Shown here in pieces: positions 1-9,742 of a DNA stretch of 64,000 nucleotides. Location of the stretch: IMG/VR virus record IMGVR_UViG_3300005440_000007; one strand, 5' to 3'. The stretch is from an uncultured virus (IMG/VR IMGVR_UViG_3300005440_000007) (Duplodnaviria > Heunggongvirae > Uroviricota > Caudoviricetes). Numbering within the stretch: the stretch's first letter is position 1; each line of letters begins with the position of its first letter. Made by a program: the position numbers and the translations under genes. The notes under the pieces were generated by a model. The model was not told the origin of the DNA and did no database searches. It was given only the letters and a program-made list of their open reading frames with translations.

Positions 1-135
1 TCGCTCTCCCAGAGGGTTTTTGCTCTGGGGAGCATTCTTCGTCGGAGGCGCCACGCGTTCCCCGAGAGGGTTCTTCTTTGGGGCGGGGCGCCCAGGCCCG
101 CGTGGAATTTTTCTGCCGAAGGACGACGGGATCAA
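1..135 (-). CDS. Partial hypothetical protein (5' end) with repeated KNPLGER
   Basis: TTG start at 135 after GGGGGA; frame open to the window edge. Confidence 0.5.
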   Translation of the reverse strand, partial: MIPSSFGRKIPRGPGRPAPKKNPLGERVAPPTKNAPQSKNPLGER

Positions 136-144
136 GAGTTCCCC

Positions 145-507
145 CTACAGATCCAGGCCCTGCTCAAGCTTTTTCGCCACCAGGAACAGCATCCACGACA
201 CTGCACACGCCATGAGGCCGTCGAGCACCATAGCCTGCCACCACACGCCGCAGACAGCGCTCGCCGGAGATGTCACCCTCCACGAAACGGCCATCCCGAT
301 CCAGAAGGACAGGCATGCCGTGCAGTAGAAGAGATCGCCGACTTTCGGGATTCGACCCAGGAATTTCCTTTGGTCGAACGGATGCTTCGGAGAAGAGCAT
401 CCCTCCCTCTCGCAATATCCCTCTCCGAAGATGTACTTCCCGATCTTCAGGACTGATATCGCCGTGGCGAGTCCATGCACCGCCATCAGGAAGATGAACA
501 GCGCCAC
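145..507 (-). CDS. DUF1360-like membrane protein with CxxC
   Basis: TM helices and LFYCTACLSFW motif. Confidence 0.65.
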   Translation of the reverse strand: MALFIFLMAVHGLATAISVLKIGKYIFGEGYCEREGCSSPKHPFDQRKFLGRIPKVGDLFYCTACLSFWIGMAVSWRVTSPASAVCGVWWQAMVLDGLMACAVSWMLFLVAKKLEQGLDL

Positions 508-509
508 GG

Positions 510-581
510 CTAAGTACTCTTTCCTGTGCAGCAGTGGGCGACAGGGCGGAGCATGAAGCGCTTCATCCAGATGTTGATCAT
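510..581 (-). CDS. Possible 23-aa peptide
   Basis: AAGGAGGGG RBS, ATGA overlap, fills the gap. Confidence 0.35.
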   Translation of the reverse strand: MINIWMKRFMLRPVAHCCTGKST

Positions 582-1084
582 GATTGCTTGACCCCTCCTT
601 TGGCCTTGAGCTGCTTGCCGAGTTCCTCGAACCCGGCCTGGGCGGTCACGACGGGCACCGCCGGCGTGATGACCTTCTTTCCCGTGATTTCGGAGAGCTC
701 CTGGCTGCAGAACGGGAGAATGTTCGCCATGGCCACGAAGCAGGTGCATTCTCCGATGTCCTCGGGGCCGGGGCCGGTCTTGTGCCACACCCCGAAGGTA
801 TGGATCTCGGGGAAATGCTTGAAGGCGATGAAGAACGCCGCGATGCTCGCGCTGATCTCGTTGGGCGCGGCCATGACGAGACGCTTCGACCCCGCGCCGG
901 AGAAGAACTCGACCATGAACTTCTGCGCGCTCGGATCCTCGAACGCGTTCTTGGGCTCCCTCGAGGTCCCGGCCTGCTGAACGGCGGGAGCCTGTCCGGG
1001 TTCCGTCGGCTGAGGGGGCATGACGGGGGCCTTCACCGCGCTCTCGGGCGTCGGCTGGAATCTGGCCGAGGGATCGGTCGCCAT
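578..1084 (-). CDS. Hypothetical protein
   Basis: GGAGG RBS; operon tiling. Confidence 0.75.
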   Translation of the reverse strand: MATDPSARFQPTPESAVKAPVMPPQPTEPGQAPAVQQAGTSREPKNAFEDPSAQKFMVEFFSGAGSKRLVMAAPNEISASIAAFFIAFKHFPEIHTFGVWHKTGPGPEDIGECTCFVAMANILPFCSQELSEITGKKVITPAVPVVTAQAGFEELGKQLKAKGGVKQS

Positions 1085-1102
1085 TTTTATCCTCCCGATG
1101 AT

Positions 1103-1627
1103 CTAAAGAACTTTCTGGGCCCGAAGGAACTGGGACAGGATCTGTGCAGGCTGGCCGTTGAGCGTGATGGGCTTCCTTCCCGCCACACGAACGACGAGCG
1201 ACGGGCCGTCCGGCCCGTTGCCGGTGGATTCGACGGAGAGGATGTCCAGGCCCGCGAGATTGACTCCGGCGTACCGCCGATTGGGATCGGCAGCCTGGAC
1301 ACGCTTGATCACTTCGAAGAAGCGCGTGGAATGACCGAAGCAGACCTTCTTGGCATGCTTCTCGTCCCGGACCCAGTCACAGCAGGGATCGAGCACGACC
1401 ACCTGGCCGTAGACCTCGTGATCGTACACGTCGAGGACCAGGAAGTCGTTCGGCCATCCGAACTTGAAAAGCCGGAGCGGCGTGGCCGGCTGCGCGTCGG
1501 GATCGACGATCGCCTCCGGTGTGAGGCGGACGCGGTCTCCGGGGGAGACGTCGAGATGGAACGGCTTCTCGGCCTTTTCCTCCGGCGCGGCGTCAGACTT
1601 CTTTTCAGGCTCCTTCGCCTCGGTCAT
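1103..1627 (-). CDS. Hypothetical protein
   Basis: ATGA coupling to the upstream gene. Confidence 0.75.
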   Translation of the reverse strand: MTEAKEPEKKSDAAPEEKAEKPFHLDVSPGDRVRLTPEAIVDPDAQPATPLRLFKFGWPNDFLVLDVYDHEVYGQVVVLDPCCDWVRDEKHAKKVCFGHSTRFFEVIKRVQAADPNRRYAGVNLAGLDILSVESTGNGPDGPSLVVRVAGRKPITLNGQPAQILSQFLRAQKVL

Positions 1628-1833
1628 TTGCCGTTCGCGCTCTTCTTAGCGCCCTCCGGGATCTTCAGAAGACGGCGAAGCGTTCTGTCGATGGATTCTC
1701 CCCAGTTGGCCTTGGTGATGATGAACTGGTGGACCGTGGGGCTTACGCGAACGGGAACCGTCGCGTGCTCCTCTTCCACGGGGGGAGGAGGCGGTTTGGT
1801 CTTTCGCTGCTCGGCCTTTGGACTTGCCGCCAT
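1624..1833 (-). CDS. Ribbon-helix-helix (SeqA N-terminal-like) DNA-binding protein
   Basis: TVPVRVSPTVHQFI...GESIDRTLRRLL pattern. Confidence 0.65.
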   Translation of the reverse strand: MAASPKAEQRKTKPPPPPVEEEHATVPVRVSPTVHQFIITKANWGESIDRTLRRLLKIPEGAKKSANGK

Positions 1834-1873
1834 GTCTCGCTACCCCTTTCAAAGATTGACTGTTCGCATACGG

Positions 1874-1902
1874 AATATACCGCGTATACGCCTACCAGTC
1901 AA
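1874..1902 (-). promoter_or_regulatory. Sigma70 promoter with CGTATACG operator
   Basis: TTGACT-17-TATATT; palindrome at 1883-1890. Confidence 0.8.
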
Positions 1903-1916
1903 GAGGTAAGCGAGGC

Positions 1917-2372
1917 TCAGGCGGTCGGAGCTCGAACCACCGCGCTTTGCTGCTCGATGGGTGGGATCGTCTTCGGAGGTTCGGCGTTCGTCGCGGCGAC
2001 ACCGATCCCAAAAAGAAGGAGCGCCGTCGCTTCCGCGAAAATGACGGGCATCCAGTTCTTGAAGACGAGATAGAGCGAAAGAGACGTGAGCGTCGAAACC
2101 CCCAGCGAGATCCAGAGCCCTTCCATCGAGCGCTCCTTCGCTTCCGGTTGGGAGGCAAAGGTTTTCATTGTGAAATAGCTCGGGCAAATTGCCGAGTGGA
2201 TTCCTGCGATGGAAATCGCAGAGAGGACCGCCACGCCGAGCATCTGGGTCTCGGCCGCGCTTGGCTGTCCGAGGGTGATTTTCTTGGTCGGATTCCATGC
2301 CCCTTGACCCCGGGGTCCGGGGCTCCACCTGGAGAGGGGAAGCTTGTTCGCCAGAAGAGCTGTTGAGCCCAT
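1917..2372 (-). CDS. Multi-pass membrane protein with LGQ leader
   Basis: ITLGQ followed by 3 hydrophobic helices. Confidence 0.75.
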   Translation of the reverse strand: MGSTALLANKLPLSRWSPGPRGQGAWNPTKKITLGQPSAAETQMLGVAVLSAISIAGIHSAICPSYFTMKTFASQPEAKERSMEGLWISLGVSTLTSLSLYLVFKNWMPVIFAEATALLLFGIGVAATNAEPPKTIPPIEQQSAVVRAPTA

Positions 2373-2389
2373 TTCTCGTCGGACCTCCG

Positions 2390-3157
2390 CTACTCGACCA
2401 CGAACATGACGCCGGCCAGATTCTCCTTCGCGCCGCCGTCGATCCTGCGCTTGGCCACCGTGACGTCCACTTCAACGTAGTCGGTGAGAGCTTCCCACGA
2501 GCTGATGCCGATCGAGACCCCGACGTCCCGGGTCTCTCCCCTGGGAATGAAAACCCGCATGCTCTGGCTGTTCCCGACGTTGTTCCCGAAGGGATGAGGA
2601 TTTTCCTCGGAAGCAATCACGAGATCGAAATTGGCGTCGGCGTGCTGGGACTTGTTGGTCAGCCGAAGCTGTACAGGAACGCTGGGCGTTCCGATCGGCG
2701 ACACGTCGATCGTGTCGCCGTAGCTCGGGGAAAGAATCCGTCCCTCGACGGCTGCGAACGCCGCTTCCACGCTCTGCTCCACCGGCCCGCTCGATTGTCC
2801 AGGAGCGACCGCAGTCGTCGTCGGACGAGGCGGGGGCGCCTGGTCTCCCTTTGGCGCAATGAGATTGAGCGCGCCCAGCGCCGCCAAGCCGATCGACGTG
2901 ATGGTGGTCAGCGTCCGGAGCGAGGGGGTCTGTGAGCCGATGAGAAGCGCCATGCCGCTTCCGGCGAAAAGTCCGAGCGAAAGAGGCAGAGATCCAAGAC
3001 CGATGTTGATCGGTGCCTGGATGTTTGGATTGATCTGGATCTGGCCCATCTCCGGCCTGATAGGCTGATAGGTCTGCTGGTAGGGAATCGGCTGGAAGCC
3101 TCCGCTCATGCGCTTGAGATGGAAGCCTCCTGGATTGACCGCCACGAACGCTTGCAT
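2390..3157 (-). CDS. MGQ-leader protein, 2 TM plus beta-sandwich domain
   Basis: RPEMGQ; paralog of 3168-3962. Confidence 0.8.
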   Translation of the reverse strand: MQAFVAVNPGGFHLKRMSGGFQPIPYQQTYQPIRPEMGQIQINPNIQAPINIGLGSLPLSLGLFAGSGMALLIGSQTPSLRTLTTITSIGLAALGALNLIAPKGDQAPPPRPTTTAVAPGQSSGPVEQSVEAAFAAVEGRILSPSYGDTIDVSPIGTPSVPVQLRLTNKSQHADANFDLVIASEENPHPFGNNVGNSQSMRVFIPRGETRDVGVSIGISSWEALTDYVEVDVTVAKRRIDGGAKENLAGVMFVVE

Positions 3158-3167
3158 GATGTTTCCT

Positions 3168-3962
3168 TTACTTGACGATAAAGGACCGGCGATCCGCGTC
3201 GAAGACCTGTCCCGCGGGAGAGACCTTCTGCACCGTCATGGCGATCCCGACGACCCCGCTGACCATGAAGCCTCCGCTCTTGAGGTCGATCTCAAGCGGC
3301 ACGACCACCGATTGCCCGGGGCCGAGCTTCACGGTGCCGGTATAGACGACTCCCTTGTACGGGATGATCGTGGTGCTCAGGGGGACCCCGACCGCCGTGA
3401 TGGGCTGAGGCTTTTCGTCGACATAGATGCGGTAGGGGATGGTGACCGACTTCGTGGAGCTGTTCGTCCAGATGACCTCGACATCGTAGTCGTAGCTGAA
3501 CGCCCCGCGGTCGATGACCTCGTTGGCAGCGGGCTTGGAGATTTTCGCGGTCACGAGCTGGAATTCTTCGGATGTCGCAGCCTTGAACGGCTCGGATGCG
3601 GCGCCGGGCTCAGTGGGAGTTTCCGCCGAAGCACTTCCGGAGAAGAGGTTGAGCACGCCGAAAGCGATCAGGCCAAGGCCCGCGACGGTCGCAAGCTCCT
3701 TGACTGGAGTCGGAATGACGCTCGCCAGGACCAGGGCCGCAGCGCCGGAAACTCCGAGGGTGAGGGAGAGGGGAATTTCCGAGAGCTTGAAGCCCTGCCC
3801 CATCTCCACCCGAGGAGGGTTCGACATCATCGGCGGCCGGTAGGGTGCCGGCCTGTAGGCCGGACGGACCGGAGGCTTGGGCGTCATGCCCGCGATCGCA
3901 AGGGGACGCGCCGAAAACGGCACGAACCCGGGCCTCGTGTTGCTGATTGCGATCGGCGTCAT
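3168..3962 (-). CDS. MGQ-leader protein, 2 TM plus beta-sandwich domain
   Basis: RVEMGQ; GGAGG RBS. Confidence 0.8.
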   Translation of the reverse strand: MTPIAISNTRPGFVPFSARPLAIAGMTPKPPVRPAYRPAPYRPPMMSNPPRVEMGQGFKLSEIPLSLTLGVSGAAALVLASVIPTPVKELATVAGLGLIAFGVLNLFSGSASAETPTEPGAASEPFKAATSEEFQLVTAKISKPAANEVIDRGAFSYDYDVEVIWTNSSTKSVTIPYRIYVDEKPQPITAVGVPLSTTIIPYKGVVYTGTVKLGPGQSVVVPLEIDLKSGGFMVSGVVGIAMTVQKVSPAGQVFDADRRSFIVK

Positions 3963-4015
3963 CGGTTACCTCCGGTATTCGATTATTCTAGCGCGTCCGC
4001 GCGGCCATTCCAGTA

Positions 4016-4657
4016 TTACGATTCCGTCCAGAACCTGAGCTGCTCCGGAGGATCCACGTATCTGAGCGAAGGAGAAGATTCTTCGCCTTCCTCGGGCTCC
4101 ATGAGCCCCAATCCCTTGAGCGCCGTCTCGATCTGCTCATCCGAAGGGTAGCCGCCCTTATCGTCCCTGTTCTCCAGGGCGCGCGGCTCATGCTCCGAGA
4201 GCCAGTCGTAGACCTTCTGGGCGGTGTCCTCGTCGAGACCGCCTTCGTGCCTGATGTTGTCGAGCGTCGCCTCGAGCTCTCTACGACTGAGATCTTCTTC
4301 GTCTGCGATCGGATAATCGTCCAGGCGATCCTTCCACTCCAGGGCCGCGATTCCGGCCTTGGTGACTTTCCCTTTCTTGTCGAGCATCCGGACCAGGAGA
4401 TGGTCGACCCAGCCGACAGCAAAGTGATTGAAGCGCTCGTCGCTCACGTCATTGGGAAAGCGTTTCTCGAGATCTTCCTTCACCGCGGCGTAGTTGGACT
4501 GTTCTCTGATGCCGCTGTCACGGTTCTGGGAGAACGTCATTGCCCAAGTTTGACCGAGATCCACTTCACCGTGATAGGAAAAATCACGGCTGGCCCTCAG
4601 CTTGGCCGATTCCTTGACGGCCTGCTCGGCCTCGGACTGGTAGTCGGTCGTCTTCAT
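4016..4657 (-). CDS. Phage hypothetical protein
   Basis: RDS..EQSNY and HFAVGWVD motifs; TGATG coupling. Confidence 0.75.
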   Translation of the reverse strand: MKTTDYQSEAEQAVKESAKLRASRDFSYHGEVDLGQTWAMTFSQNRDSGIREQSNYAAVKEDLEKRFPNDVSDERFNHFAVGWVDHLLVRMLDKKGKVTKAGIAALEWKDRLDDYPIADEEDLSRRELEATLDNIRHEGGLDEDTAQKVYDWLSEHEPRALENRDDKGGYPSDEQIETALKGLGLMEPEEGEESSPSLRYVDPPEQLRFWTES

Positions 4658-5097
4658 CAGGCGCCCATGATCGCAATCGTGAAGAGGATCCCCACGACAC
4701 CTGCGGCGGCCGCGGCGCGAACGTCGAAACTCGGATCCGGCTTGGCCGCCTTGTAGATCGCATACATCTCGTCGATGCCGCCCTGCCACGCCGAAAACGC
4801 AGCCTTCTCGGCTTCGTTCAGCTTCATCCATGGACCTTCCGCCGAGAGGCGCGCTTCGATGTCGCGCAGCTGGTCGCTGACCTCGTAGGCTCTCTCCAGG
4901 GCGGTCTCGAACTCGGGCTGTGCTTTCTGGAACGGATCGACCTTCGCCCAGTCCGGGACGGTCTGGGTGAATTGGTTGATCTCGTTCATCTTCTCCCGGT
5001 AGACCTTGATCCGATCAAGGATCTCGTTTCGCTCGTCAAGGGACATGGTGACCTGCCCCATGAACGGACGCCAGCGAGCCACCTGGACGGGCCGCAT
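4657..5097 (-). CDS. MGQ-leader helical protein with C-terminal TM anchor
   Basis: AGGAGG RBS; WRPFMGQ. Confidence 0.8.
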   Translation of the reverse strand: MRPVQVARWRPFMGQVTMSLDERNEILDRIKVYREKMNEINQFTQTVPDWAKVDPFQKAQPEFETALERAYEVSDQLRDIEARLSAEGPWMKLNEAEKAAFSAWQGGIDEMYAIYKAAKPDPSFDVRAAAAAGVVGILFTIAIMGA

Positions 5098-5111
5098 GGT
5101 CGACCTCCTGA

Positions 5112-5558
5112 TCATAGAACGCCCAGGAGGAGAAGAATGCCGACGCCGACGGCGCCGGCAACGAGGATCGTCTCCATCTTCGGGCCCCCGCCGGGGGCGG
5201 CGTCGCCGGCGCCGAACTCTGCTGATCCGGATCCGCCTGCCGTAGGAGCCGAGCAGGCCTGCCCGAGATTCGCTCCGTGTTTGGTGAATTCGCAACGGCA
5301 GATGGGCCTCGTGACATCGACGCCTTCACGATCTCCTTGCCCAAGACCCGAAGGAGCGTGAACGATCCGCTGGTTCGGCAGAACGAGCGCGCGTCCCAAG
5401 GCCGGGGCTCCGCCGGACCTGGTCGGCAGGAACCGCTCTCCTGAGAAATAGGCGCTGGGATCTCCGAGCCGTTCGGGCATGTGCCGGTCGAATGCGGAAG
5501 AGCGGAAGAACGGTCCGTTCGCGGCCTTCCAGGGAGACGCCTGGTACATGGTCCTCAT
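5112..5558 (-). CDS. Multi-LG-motif protein with C-terminal TM anchor
   Basis: YQASPW; RLGD, ALGR, GLGQ, NLGQ. Confidence 0.75.
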   Translation of the reverse strand: MRTMYQASPWKAANGPFFRSSAFDRHMPERLGDPSAYFSGERFLPTRSGGAPALGRALVLPNQRIVHAPSGLGQGDREGVDVTRPICRCEFTKHGANLGQACSAPTAGGSGSAEFGAGDAAPGGGPKMETILVAGAVGVGILLLLGVL

Positions 5559-5560
5559 GG

Positions 5561-5830
5561 CTATCCTCTCAGAAGAAGGGCGAGAAGGGCGATTCCCCCG
5601 AGCCCCGCGACCACCGGAATTACGGGAAAGGAGCTCTCCGCAACGGGAGGCGGAGGCACTACCGTCACGGGCGGAGTTACGGGAGGAGTGGTCGTGGGCG
5701 GTTCCTGTACTGGGGGACGAGTGATCCGGCACACGTCTCCGTCGCACACCACTTCCTGGCCCATGCGAGGCGAGACCGGCCTGAGGGGCTGGCGGCTCCA
5801 CGGGCTCGAAACGAAAAGACTTCCGCGCAT
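5561..5830 (-). CDS. MGQ-leader Pro/Thr-rich small membrane protein
   Basis: PRMGQ; C-terminal TM; AGGAG RBS. Confidence 0.8.
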   Translation of the reverse strand: MRGSLFVSSPWSRQPLRPVSPRMGQEVVCDGDVCRITRPPVQEPPTTTPPVTPPVTVVPPPPVAESSFPVIPVVAGLGGIALLALLLRG

Positions 5831-5840
5831 GTCGATTCTC

Positions 5841-6221
5841 CTATGCCGCCGCTTGATATTCGCTCACGTCCTTCACGAATCGATCGATCCGGGTCGTGAG
5901 ATTTTCCACTGTAACTCCGAACGCTTTCCCAGCCTTCTGGAGTTCGAGCAGCGCCGCCGCGAGCTTTTCGGCCTGGGCAATCGCGTCGTTGGAGTCGATA
6001 TAGCCCATGCTCCAGAGTTCCCGGATCTGTCCGAATCGAACGGCCACCGAATTCACGTCCGGGAAAGACTGCTCCTTGACCTCCAGATACGGCATGACGG
6101 GCTCGACGCGTGGATAAAGGAGACGATAGAGAGTGACGGCGGCCACGGTTCCCCCGACCACCCACCAGAGGGCGTCGGAACCGTTTGGCCCGTCTCCGTC
6201 ATTCCCCATACGATGAATCAT
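5841..6221 (-). CDS. Single-pass membrane protein (RMGN variant)
   Basis: GAAGGAG RBS. Confidence 0.7.
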   Translation of the reverse strand: MIHRMGNDGDGPNGSDALWWVVGGTVAAVTLYRLLYPRVEPVMPYLEVKEQSFPDVNSVAVRFGQIRELWSMGYIDSNDAIAQAEKLAAALLELQKAGKAFGVTVENLTTRIDRFVKDVSEYQAAA

Positions 6222-6228
6222 ATCTCCT

Positions 6229-6885
6229 TCACGCTCCAGACGCCACAGTGAGGCCCCTCCAGAAGCCGGCCAGAAGCGCGGCCGTCGACGCCATGTATCC
6301 GCCGAACTTGAGCTTCTTATTGTCCTCGGGAACGAGGATTGCGGTTGCCAGAAACCCGGCGGCCGACGCGCCGAGAAACGGAAGGGTTGCAAGTCCCGCC
6401 TCGGAGAGTTTTGCTTTTTCTTCGGTGATGATCTGCCGAACTTTCGGCTCCGCCTCGGTAACGACCACCTGGGCCATCTGTCTTGCGGTATCTCCAAAGA
6501 GAGAAAGGATTCCTCCTTCGGAGGATACTGGGGCAGGCGGCTTTTCTTTGCCGGCCACCTCCTGGAGAACCTTCCAGGCCCCGATCGTAAAGATTCCCGC
6601 TGCTGCGACGTAGCCGATCCCCTTCCAGACCCTCTTTTCGGCGGGCACGAGGTACTGGGCCGCGAGGAATGCGGTGAGGGACGCGCCGAGAAATGGAAGG
6701 CTCTGAATCGTCGCATTGGCAAGCCTTGAACGCTCTTCAGCAACGATTGCACGAACCCTCGGCTCCGCCTGGGAGACAACCGCGGACGCCGCCTGATTGA
6801 TGACGGCGTTCGATTGGCCCATACGCGGCCCGCGGAAGGCGGGACGCCTTAGATGCCCAAGACGAAGTGGGGCGGGCTGCCACAT
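6229..6885 (-). CDS. MGQ-leader 4-TM protein with internal duplication
   Basis: PRMGQ; AEPxVR..EE..LPFLGAS occurs twice. Confidence 0.8.
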   Translation of the reverse strand: MWQPAPLRLGHLRRPAFRGPRMGQSNAVINQAASAVVSQAEPRVRAIVAEERSRLANATIQSLPFLGASLTAFLAAQYLVPAEKRVWKGIGYVAAAGIFTIGAWKVLQEVAGKEKPPAPVSSEGGILSLFGDTARQMAQVVVTEAEPKVRQIITEEKAKLSEAGLATLPFLGASAAGFLATAILVPEDNKKLKFGGYMASTAALLAGFWRGLTVASGA

Positions 6886-7611
6886 TCAGATGCCCAGCAG
6901 CTTCCTGACGACGGACATGACTCCGCCGTTCTTCTCGAGAGGCGGGGGAGGGCCCGAAGGCTGCTCGGTCCGTTCCTTCACGAACCTCAGGGCAAGCTTC
7001 GCAGCTTTCATGCCGCCGCTCTTGTCCTTCACCTGGATCGTGAAATCTCCGACTGCGGTCGAAGGGCCTACCTGAATCATGGCCATTCCGCCGTCGAGCT
7101 TCGGAGAGACGTCCGAAATCTGCACCTTGTGCGAAGTCGTCACGGACAGTTCCTCGGAACCGTCCACGACCTTGTTGTCGGGATCCATTTTCTGGATCAG
7201 GATCGTGTGGGAATCGACGCCGTTGGAAAGGGCCTCCACGACGCCGAACGCCCCGGGTTGTCCGGTCGCGGAGATCTTTAGCTCCGGCCGTCCCAGGGCC
7301 CGGCGCTCGGCTTCTTCCTGCTCTCTCTGGGAAGCACGTTCCAGGCGGGCCTGCCGCGCGCGATCCAGGAGGCTGATGATCTCCTTCCGACGCTTCTCCA
7401 CCGCCGCCCGGCTCATAGGCTCGTTCACCTTTCCGATCCAGTTTTCGACGATCGGTTGGGGGTTTTTCTCCTCGTCGTCGGCCATGTAGAGGATCGTCGA
7501 CTGGGCGCTCGACCCAACGGATTCGACGTCAAACCCCTTCTTCAGAAGGTCGTACCAGAGGGATCCGACATCGTCGATTTTCACGCCGGCCAGTTCGATG
7601 GTTTTCATCAC
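6886..7611 (-). CDS. Hypothetical protein, coiled coil plus beta-rich domain
   Basis: AGGAG RBS; tiling. Confidence 0.75.
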   Translation of the reverse strand: MMKTIELAGVKIDDVGSLWYDLLKKGFDVESVGSSAQSTILYMADDEEKNPQPIVENWIGKVNEPMSRAAVEKRRKEIISLLDRARQARLERASQREQEEAERRALGRPELKISATGQPGAFGVVEALSNGVDSHTILIQKMDPDNKVVDGSEELSVTTSHKVQISDVSPKLDGGMAMIQVGPSTAVGDFTIQVKDKSGGMKAAKLALRFVKERTEQPSGPPPPLEKNGGVMSVVRKLLGI

Positions 7612-7617
7612 GCTCTC

Positions 7618-8418
7618 CTACGGACCCTGAACCACGATCACGGCAGGCATGTCCGCAGCCGCGACGAACGTCATCTCCGCGCCGGGGAAGCCGCCGCTGT
7701 AGATCCCGCGAACCGTGTAATTTCCTGGCGCCATGTCCTCGATGAAAAGCTCGGCCATGATGTGAGCATCGAAGACCTGGTCGTCGCCGGCGCCCTGCTG
7801 CTCCTGGAAAAGGGCGAGGGGCTCCTGGCCCTGGCCGTCGATCTGAACGCCCAGCGTGACTTGAGGAAAAACGCTCCCAGGAAAACGATGGAAGTTCGCG
7901 CTGATGCGGATCGCCACGTTCCCTTGTCTTGAGACCGTGAAGTTCGCAAAGAAGTCCGGGATCACCTGGGGCGCGCCCGTGACCGTGAAGCTTCCGCTTC
8001 TCTTCGTCTGACCGCCCAGGATGTTCCCCAGCCCCGCGGCTCCGGCGGGACCTTGGGGACCGGCGGGTCCGGGAGGGCCCGCTGGACCACGGCCTCCGCC
8101 TCCGCCGCCGCCGAATCCCCCTCCGCCGCCGCCTCCGCGCTGACCCTGTCCGCCGAATCCAGGGGCCGGAGCAATCGCTCCAGGCCTCGCTCCGAAGCCG
8201 TTGGCGACGGGAGATCCGAAGCCCGGGGCGCGCCCCGCGATCGGAACTGCGGCGCCCGGAGTCACGCCCTGCTGCCCTGAGGCTGCTGCCGCTCCCTGCA
8301 TCGTTTCAAGGATGAGGGGAACGATCTCGCAGAGATCCTTCAGGCGGATATTCTGATCCGGCTGGATGATCGTTCCGTCGGCGAGCTCGACGGGCGCGTC
8401 CTTCGGGCATCCGTTCAT
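7618..8418 (-). CDS. Gly-rich, collagen-like fibre/spike with beta-rich C-terminal head
   Basis: GPAGPPGPAGPQGPAG. Confidence 0.7.
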   Translation of the reverse strand: MNGCPKDAPVELADGTIIQPDQNIRLKDLCEIVPLILETMQGAAAASGQQGVTPGAAVPIAGRAPGFGSPVANGFGARPGAIAPAPGFGGQGQRGGGGGGGFGGGGGGGRGPAGPPGPAGPQGPAGAAGLGNILGGQTKRSGSFTVTGAPQVIPDFFANFTVSRQGNVAIRISANFHRFPGSVFPQVTLGVQIDGQGQEPLALFQEQQGAGDDQVFDAHIMAELFIEDMAPGNYTVRGIYSGGFPGAEMTFVAAADMPAVIVVQGP

Positions 8419-8430
8419 GTCGTCCTCGTC

Positions 8431-8970
8431 TTAGAACCACTCCGCCGCGATCGTAGCCAGGGAGACGGCGTTTTCGTCCATGCTTTTTGAGCACTTTGCC
8501 GCCGCCAAGGCGTTCCGATCAAACCGGCTCCGGACCGCTTCAATGAAGAGCTCGACGTGCCCCTGAATGAGGTTTCCGAAGCTGACCGACGGGAATCCTG
8601 TGATCGAATGGGCGTATCTTGTGGCCTGGACCTTCGCATTGTCCATCATGCGGTCCGCCGCACGTTCGATCTCCTGGGAATCGTTGTTGAAAACGGCGTA
8701 GATCAGATCCGTCTCGAGCACCGCATGCTCGACCATGAGGCCGACATCGGAGCCGGCGCGACGGCCCTTGGCGACCGCCACCGAGTCTTCCCATTCTTTG
8801 GCGATCTCGATCATCATTTTCTCGAGATCCTGGGCTCCTTCTCGTCCTTCGGCGCAGGCGGAAAGAAGCTCGGCAGAGGCATGGCAATGCTTCGGCCACC
8901 ACTTGGCCATCTTGGAGGCCGCCGCGGTGCCCGACGCAAGCTTCGAAGCAAAGGATTCCTTCGAAGACAT
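8431..8970 (-). CDS. His-containing helical-bundle protein
   Basis: WW..H, M.EH and third His; paralog of 60992-61828. Confidence 0.7.
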   Translation of the reverse strand: MSSKESFASKLASGTAAASKMAKWWPKHCHASAELLSACAEGREGAQDLEKMMIEIAKEWEDSVAVAKGRRAGSDVGLMVEHAVLETDLIYAVFNNDSQEIERAADRMMDNAKVQATRYAHSITGFPSVSFGNLIQGHVELFIEAVRSRFDRNALAAAKCSKSMDENAVSLATIAAEWF

Positions 8971-8971
8971 C

Positions 8972-9709
8972 TCAAGCCGCCTTTTCAAGGACGTTTCCGT
9001 CCTGATCATACACGAAATAAAACCCATCAAGGCCCGGACGCGAGAAGCCGCCGTTTCTGACGGCGTACCTCACCGCGTCTCCGCTACTGTCAAAGGGGCC
9101 CGCCAGCTTGGAAAGGCCCCCGGTCGAAGGTCCAGTATACTCGACCCAGAGCGTATTTTCATTCCCTCTCTTGGATGATCCCATCGAATCGACGCGGAAG
9201 GGTTCCGCGGGGACTTCTTTTGCGCGCGTAATGAGCGGCCTCCCCAGCACGATCGCGAGCGAGATGATATAGGCTGGGAGGCCGAGCCACGAAAGACCGA
9301 ACAGCGTCTCGCCGATCGCCGCTCCAGCCGAGATGAACATCGCCGTCTTTGCCGAGGTGAGACGCGCGTCCCTGGACCCCGAAACGCACTCTTCGATATC
9401 GGTGACCGCAAAAAGGACGTCCGCGCTGACGGAAATGTAATTGGCGTTGGTGGCGAGCTGCTGCTCTATGCTGGCCACGCCTGCGCTGACTTTGTCGACG
9501 ACGGGCTTCCATCGGTCCGGAGGGCAGTAGGCGTAGAACTCCAGCGGGAATCCCTTGGCGAACTCGATGATGGAGCTGACGATGCGAACGATCATCTGCC
9601 CTTCCTGCCGGGAGATGAACATCATCCGAGACGCCGACGACGAAGATGAAGATGTGCCCGGCACGGGCCGGGTTGCGGTCTGCCCAAGAAACATCGGCAT
9701 CGTGCCCAT
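8972..9709 (-). CDS. LGQ-leader membrane protein
   Basis: MFLGQ; TM hairpin. Confidence 0.75.
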   Translation of the reverse strand: MGTMPMFLGQTATRPVPGTSSSSSSASRMMFISRQEGQMIVRIVSSIIEFAKGFPLEFYAYCPPDRWKPVVDKVSAGVASIEQQLATNANYISVSADVLFAVTDIEECVSGSRDARLTSAKTAMFISAGAAIGETLFGLSWLGLPAYIISLAIVLGRPLITRAKEVPAEPFRVDSMGSSKRGNENTLWVEYTGPSTGGLSKLAGPFDSSGDAVRYAVRNGGFSRPGLDGFYFVYDQDGNVLEKAA

Positions 9710-9742
9710 GCGCCGTCGAATGGCTCCGGTCGAAGCCGACTT

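Noticed and set aside
4016..4657. DLGQ as a member of the leader family
   Set aside because: The preceding segment is charged rather than Pro/Arg-rich and there is no TM anchor; probably chance
8040..8140. GCC-rich tandem repeat
   Set aside because: Explained by poly-Gly and collagen coding
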